This document shows, piece by piece, positions 59,319 through 64,000 of a stretch of DNA of 64,000 nucleotides. The translations under genes were made by a program, and so were the position numbers. The first letter of the stretch is position 1. Every line of letters begins with the position of its first letter. The stretch spans positions 2,016,001 through 2,080,000 of the forward strand of contig OZ245002.1 in NCBI GenBank assembly GCA_965223415.1, given 5' to 3'. This DNA comes from Myxococcota bacterium. Lineage in GTDB: Bacteria > Myxococcota_A > UBA9160 > UBA6930. A model generated the notes under the pieces. It was not told where the DNA came from, made no database searches, and saw nothing but the letters and a program-made list of their open reading frames with translations.

Positions 59319-59540
59319 TTAGGCGGCGTTGGGCTTCCAGCGCATGGATGGCCGCTTCTTCGTGCGAGCGCACTCGCCGAGATAGAGATTGATCAGTGTT
59401 TGGTACGGGATGTCCGTCTCTTCCGACAGCTCACGGAAGTACGCGAGCGTCTCCTCGTCCAGACGAATTGTGATCTGCTTCTTCAGTCGCCTGGCGTACG
59501 GGTTCCTCTTTCCCTTCGAGAAGTCGTAGTTCTTTCTCAT
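59319..59540 (-). CDS. brnA: Cassette 3: BrnA-family antitoxin
   Basis: MRKNYDFSKG, KKQITIRLD, PYQTLINLYL. Confidence 0.88.
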   Translation of the reverse strand: MRKNYDFSKGKRNPYARRLKKQITIRLDEETLAYFRELSEETDIPYQTLINLYLGECARTKKRPSMRWKPNAA

Positions 59541-59827
59541 CGCTTCCACCGCCTCTCGTAGTCTCGTCTCTCGGCCCTGTTGGCGCGCCGCGCCGAGATG
59601 ACGCGAATCACGTGGTCTTCCTCTCGGTAGCAGTGGCAAACCACCAGGGCCCGGAGTGCAGCCGAAAGCCCAATCATCACGAAGCGGTCCTCGGCTTCAT
59701 CCGGGTCCTCGATCAAGATCGCAGCTTCGTCGTAGAAGACCGTCCGCGCTTCCTCGAACGAAACACCGTGTTTCTTCTGATTGGCCTTGTCCTTCTTCGG
59801 GTCCCAGTCGAAGTCGATATCGGCCAT
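59537..59827 (-). CDS. brnT: Cassette 3: BrnT-family toxin
   Basis: FDWDPKKDKANQKKHGVSFEEA, EDRF, IRVISARRA. Confidence 0.92.
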   Translation of the reverse strand: MADIDFDWDPKKDKANQKKHGVSFEEARTVFYDEAAILIEDPDEAEDRFVMIGLSAALRALVVCHCYREEDHVIRVISARRANRAERRDYERRWKR

Positions 59828-59835
59828 CCGACCCT

Positions 59836-59863
59836 AGTGTAGTTATACTGTAGTGGAACGCAA
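59836..59863 (-). promoter_or_regulatory. Putative promoter of the inverted brnTA cassette
   Basis: TTGCGT-16 nt-TACACT upstream of brnT. Confidence 0.5.
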
Positions 59864-59892
59864 CGCCGCCTAACCAGCGGCTGCAGCTGACC

Positions 59893-61266
59893 CGTTTAGG
59901 GAGTGTCAACTCCAATGATCGCGAAGCACGTGTGGGTCTTGGTGGTGTCCTCCAACGGAATCGGCTTGCGTCCCTGCGGGTTCGGGTTCAGTCCAAACGC
60001 GTTGTCGGCCTCGTGGGCTCAATGAGGGGTTCGGGGCGACGGTGGTGAATCGGGGCCAAGGGCTCATGGGCCGCAGTCAGCTGCCCGCCTACCGTCTTCG
60101 TTGGAACACAAGCGAGAAGGGGTCCTGGGGGAGCGGGGCTACGCCATGCCAAGGCACCTCCGGAGATCGAAGGCCTCGCCGCGGGTGAGCGTGACCCAGA
60201 CGCTGACGAGGAGTCTGCGAGCCAAGGCCATGCGGACCTTGTTCTTGTGGACGCGGGTCCGCATCGTCTTCGCCCAGGCACGAACCAACGGGTCGTCCTT
60301 CATCAGGCGAACCGCCCATTGGCTGACGATCCAGCGGAGCTCGGCCTGGCCTTGGCGGGTCATGCGGCCGTGGTGGGCGTGGTCGGCTGACTGGTTCACC
60401 TTGGGGGTGAAGCCGGCGAAGGCCGAGACCGCACGGGGGCCTCGGAATCGGTGCGGGTCGCCGATCTCGGCGAGCAGCGTGGCAGCCGATTGCGTCCCGA
60501 TGCTCGGGAGCTCCTGCTCGAGGGCCTGGACGTCGGGATCCTCTCGCCCGATCCGTCGGATCTCCCGATCGAGAGCCAGCACCTGGCCCTGCAGGCTATC
60601 GAGCACCTGGAGCAGGGCCTTGAAGGCGGTCTGCATCTCCAGGGTCGGCAGGGTGACGGTGCGGAGCTTCTCCCGGCTCGGCTTGGTATAGAGCGCGCTC
60701 GTGGGAGCGGGAATCCGGTAGGCGTTCAGGAAGCCCCGGAGCTGGTTCACGGCCTGTTGGCGCATCTGGACGAGGCGGTGGCGGACCCGAAGGAGCTTCC
60801 TCCTCCCGTACTCCTCGTCGCTCGGGTAGTAGGTCGTTGCCACCCGATCCAGATCACCGAGCCAGAGCCGGCGTGCAATCTCGGCTGCATCTCGCCGGTC
60901 CGTCTTCTTGCCGAGCTTCTTCAGGTCGAGCTTGCGCGGATCACAGACCAGAACGTCGAGCTGCGCCTCTCGGCAGGCGTTGACGAACCACCGGTTGAGG
61001 CCCAACGCCTCGACGGCTACGCGGCAATGGGGTCCGAAGAACTTCAGCCGCTCCACGACCCCGAGGCCCTGTTCAAGGCTCTCGGAGCGGATCCTCTCCT
61101 CGGCGATCTTCTCACCCCGCGCATCCAGCACGCAGATCTGGATCACGGTGCGATGCAAGTCGATCCCAGCGAAGTACTCTGTCGTCATGGTCAGTCTCCT
61201 TGGGGAGTGTTTGTTGGAACACAGCCAAGGTGGCTGTTCTCCAAGGAGCTGACCTCCCTATACCCT
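59893..61266 (-). mobile_element. IS1111-like element, copy 2 (intact, 1374 bp)
   Basis: Appears identical to copy 1 without the IS21; same insertion point in attC. Confidence 0.92.
60139..61188 (-). CDS. IS110/IS1111 DEDD recombinase
   Basis: Same protein as 55558-56607. Confidence 0.92.
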   Translation of the reverse strand: MTTEYFAGIDLHRTVIQICVLDARGEKIAEERIRSESLEQGLGVVERLKFFGPHCRVAVEALGLNRWFVNACREAQLDVLVCDPRKLDLKKLGKKTDRRDAAEIARRLWLGDLDRVATTYYPSDEEYGRRKLLRVRHRLVQMRQQAVNQLRGFLNAYRIPAPTSALYTKPSREKLRTVTLPTLEMQTAFKALLQVLDSLQGQVLALDREIRRIGREDPDVQALEQELPSIGTQSAATLLAEIGDPHRFRGPRAVSAFAGFTPKVNQSADHAHHGRMTRQGQAELRWIVSQWAVRLMKDDPLVRAWAKTMRTRVHKNKVRMALARRLLVSVWVTLTRGEAFDLRRCLGMA

Positions 61267-61503
61267 CCGGGGAACCGCCCCTTCCAATCGGGCCATGGTA
61301 CCCTGGGGTTCCCATGGCGCGCTCTCGCCATCCGACAGGTGTCGGTTCTTCTGGCTCTTCACGGCGTCTCCGTGGCCTGGGGTTGGCGGTCAGCGCTGTC
61401 GGCTGCGGCGGAAGCGCGAGCGGCTCTCGTAGAGCCATGCAGCACGCCCGTTGGGCAGCATGACCCTCCCTGGCACCAAGCCAAGCACTACTGGGAACCA
61501 GCT

Positions 61504-61968
61504 ATGGCAACGCTCCATCTGATGGTTGGCCTTCCGTGCTCTGGCAAGACGACGCTGGCACGCACCCTCGAACACAGGTACTCGGCGCTTCGCCTCACGC
61601 CGGATGAGTGGCAGGTGCGCCTCTTCGGGCAGGATGCGGCGGATCCGCGGCACGACGCCCGTCACAGCCTCATTGAGGCGCTGCAATGGGAGGTTGCCGA
61701 AAGGGCGTTGGTATTGGGCATCAGTGTCATCCTCGATTTCGGCTTCTGGGCGCATGAAGAACGAGAGGATTTCCGATCACGAGCCGAGCAGCTTGGGGCC
61801 AGTAGCGAAGTGCATTTCCTCGATGTACCGAGCGACGAGTTGCTTCGGCGGCTGGCCAACCGAAACGCACGACCGGAATTGGCGTTCCATATCCCCGAAG
61901 AGATGATGATGTCGTGGATAGAGTCCTTCCAGAGGCCGGACGAGGACGAACTGGAGCGTAGAGATTGA
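61504..61968 (+). CDS. AAA_33-type P-loop kinase-like protein (probable former cassette)
   Basis: MVGLPCSGKTT, TPDEW, VILDFGFW..ER. Confidence 0.85.
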   Translation: MATLHLMVGLPCSGKTTLARTLEHRYSALRLTPDEWQVRLFGQDAADPRHDARHSLIEALQWEVAERALVLGISVILDFGFWAHEEREDFRSRAEQLGASSEVHFLDVPSDELLRRLANRNARPELAFHIPEEMMMSWIESFQRPDEDELERRD

Positions 61969-62140
61969 CAACGGAACCCGGCCAGGAGAGCGCTCCGCCT
62001 AATCAGCGGGCCGCGGCAGATCGGGGCAGCGGATCACGCTGCGGCAGCCAAGCCTTCTGAATCGGGGATTCCGCCCTCCGAGGGACCCCTGGGTTACACT
62101 TCGATGCCTGAACGAACCCGGTCTGTCAGAGCAACGAAAG

Positions 62141-62653
62141 ATGTTCGAGACACTTCGGAACTTCGCAGAGATCGGGATTGCGATCGCCGGCTTCAGCGCG
62201 ATCGCTTCCGCCCTCAGATCGCGGGTCTCTGCCGCCTGGCCCGAGCGCGACCGCCTGGCCCTCGTATCGCTTCTCGAGACTTCGGCGTTGGTCGTGTTGT
62301 TCGCGATCGTTCCACAGGTGCTCCATCAGATCCTGGAGAACGAGCGCGGCCTCTGGGTCAGCTCCAACCTCGGTTACGCTGCGTTTCACTCCTTCCACTA
62401 CGTCATTCAGCTGCGACGCATCGGCTTCTCCGGCGGAGCGAGCGAGACCCTTCACCCGGTGAGCCGCCTGGCGGGTGGCACCATGTTTCTCGGCGGCATT
62501 CTGCTGGTAGCGACACAGGTAGCACTCGTTGCCTTCGGCGATCCGCGTCAGCTCCGATTCATCTACCTCGTCGCGTTGACCTGGCACTCCTGTGTGGCGG
62601 CCGTGATGTTCGGAAGCCTGATCCTTCGATCCTTGAGGGGCAATGATGCTTGA
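62141..62653 (+). CDS. Hypothetical membrane protein
   Basis: AEIGIAIAGFSAI and about five TM segments. Confidence 0.7.
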   Translation: MFETLRNFAEIGIAIAGFSAIASALRSRVSAAWPERDRLALVSLLETSALVVLFAIVPQVLHQILENERGLWVSSNLGYAAFHSFHYVIQLRRIGFSGGASETLHPVSRLAGGTMFLGGILLVATQVALVAFGDPRQLRFIYLVALTWHSCVAAVMFGSLILRSLRGNDA

Positions 62654-62992
62654 CGAGGCGATGCAGGTCGTAGCCAATCTGAGGCGCCGCGCCCGACTAG
62701 CCCATCCTCTCGGCGTCGGGGAATCACGCGAAGCAACCATGGACAAGGTCAATCTCGCTCAGAAGACTCCCGCTCCGCGGAATCGCCCGACCGGCTGAAA
62801 CGCGTCGCGGGCGGCCGAGCGCTCCCGAGACGCCAGAGCCCGGGCTTGCGATCGCTGCATCACTGCAACGACGCGTTGCGAGCCCGCAACGCCAGTGGCG
62901 TCCCGATGGCTCTCGATCGATGCCAGCTGGCACGCGGTTTGCTGCATCGGGGAGGAGAGCTTCCAATCTGCACCCATCGTGGGAGGACCTCC

Positions 62993-63385
62993 ATGTCGGC
63001 GGAGCGCGTGTTTCTCTGGGTCGCCGGCCCACTGTTCCTCGCAATCGGAGCCGCCTATCTCGTCTCGCCGGTGGCCATGGCGGCGGTCACCGAGCTGGGC
63101 GTGGCCACCGCCACCGCCACGATCGACGTCCGGGGCTACTACGGAGGGCAGCTCGCCGGCATCGGCGCTCTCGTGCTGCTCGGCGCAGTCCGGCCTGCCT
63201 ACGCCCCTGCCGCCTTCCTCGTCGTCGCGTCTTCCCTCGGAGGCACCGGCCTCGGGCGGCTCGTCGGGCTCGCAGCAGCAGACGCCGCGCCGCCGCTCAT
63301 GGTCTCGGCAACGATTCTCGAGCTGGCCTCCGCAGTGACGGCTCTTCTCCTGGCTCGCCGCACCTTCGACCTGCCTGCCGCCTAG
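62993..63385 (+). CDS. DUF4345-like membrane protein
   Basis: GGAGG RBS, DVRGYYGG, GLGRLVG. Confidence 0.75.
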   Translation: MSAERVFLWVAGPLFLAIGAAYLVSPVAMAAVTELGVATATATIDVRGYYGGQLAGIGALVLLGAVRPAYAPAAFLVVASSLGGTGLGRLVGLAAADAAPPLMVSATILELASAVTALLLARRTFDLPAA

Positions 63386-63647
63386 CCAGCAGCGCCAGGT
63401 GACCGGCAACCGCCGTGGTACACTGGGTCGACCCACGAGGCTGAGCGGCTTCGGCCCGGCGGCGTCCTCGTCAACTACGGCCTCGTCGCGACGGAGACCG
63501 TCGCGGTCTTCTCGGGCCACCTGGAGGCCTGGCGCATGGTTCCTACCCGGTGCATCCAAGGTGTCTTGCTCTTCCTGTTCGTGTCGGCCTACCACGATCG
63601 GTTCCTGCGGCGCTGGGTCGCCGTGTAGCAGCCAGGCACGAATCGTC

Positions 63648-64000
63648 TTGGCAGGACGCAGATCGAAACGAACGGACGCCGTGTGGGCGGCCGCGTTCTG
63701 CATCTTCCTCGCCTGCTCGACCCTCCCCGACTACGCGCGCCCCAGGGGTGAGCTCCTCGATCCGTCCGCCTATCACGCTACGGACGTCATCCGTTATCGG
63801 GAGCTGTCGCGCGCCGATTTCCGCGGCGATTCCCCGCCTCGACGCGTCGCCTCACACGCGTCGAAGCTCGGTGCGTTCACCTGCGCGAACATCGTGGCGA
63901 CGCCTACCACGGTCATGCCGACCATCACCCCCGATCCCCCGTCCGGCGGGTTCGTCGCCCGAGCACCTGCCCTGCGGTACCGGGCGGAGATGGATCGCGG
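63648..64000 (+). CDS. Hypothetical lipoprotein (runs off window end)
   Basis: Open frame ..AAFCIFLAC-STLPDYARP..IRYRELSRADFRG..; start TTG 63648 or GTG 63681. Confidence 0.55.
   Translation, partial: MAGRRSKRTDAVWAAAFCIFLACSTLPDYARPRGELLDPSAYHATDVIRYRELSRADFRGDSPPRRVASHASKLGAFTCANIVATPTTVMPTITPDPPSGGFVARAPALRYRAEMDR

Larger units (their letters stand above)
55287..59324 (+). other. attC site 2, split by an IS1111-like element (halves 55287-55311 and 59219-59324)
   Basis: Rejoined ~131 bp: GCCTAAC-CA-GCGGCT(G)CAGCTG(A)CCGGGC ... GCCCGGCAGCTGAGCCGC-CTGTCC-GTTAGGC. Confidence 0.9.
59868..61320 (+). other. attC site 3, split by IS1111-like copy 2; right arm not recognisable
   Basis: GCCTAACCAGCGGCTGCAGCTGACC identical to attC2 left arm; shared TTCCAA..TGGTACCCT core after the IS; no L'/R' found. 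Confidence 0.75.

Overview
High-GC bacterial chromosomal window. Gene order and the split atp operon suggest Myxococcota/Deltaproteobacteria (inference). 1-12.2 kb is the origin-type cluster parA-rsmG-jag-yidC-yidD-rnpA-rpmH / dnaN-gyrB-gyrA with several parS sites, but dnaA, recF, mnmE and mnmG are missing from their usual places. 12-46 kb is mostly housekeeping and metabolic genes (hemL, atpI/B/E, hicAB, tmk, egtB, uvrA, SurA-like PPIase, MocR regulator, serC, LuxE/LuxC-like pair, glnE, gor, nth). It also holds an unannotated SelW/Rdx selenoprotein and several long palindromes. 46.3-64 kb is a chromosomal integron (intI, attI, cassettes for a GIY-YIG-type nuclease, a lipoprotein and a BrnTA toxin-antitoxin pair, then a decayed tail) heavily invaded by IS elements. 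The standout is two different IS110-superfamily elements aimed at the attC sites. One is IS621-like and its non-coding end contains a readable bridge RNA (target, donor and handshake guides) matching the attC R' core. The other is IS1111-like, present in two copies inserted just after the attC L'' box, with a matching guide. IS1380, IS481 and two IS21 elements are nested around them.
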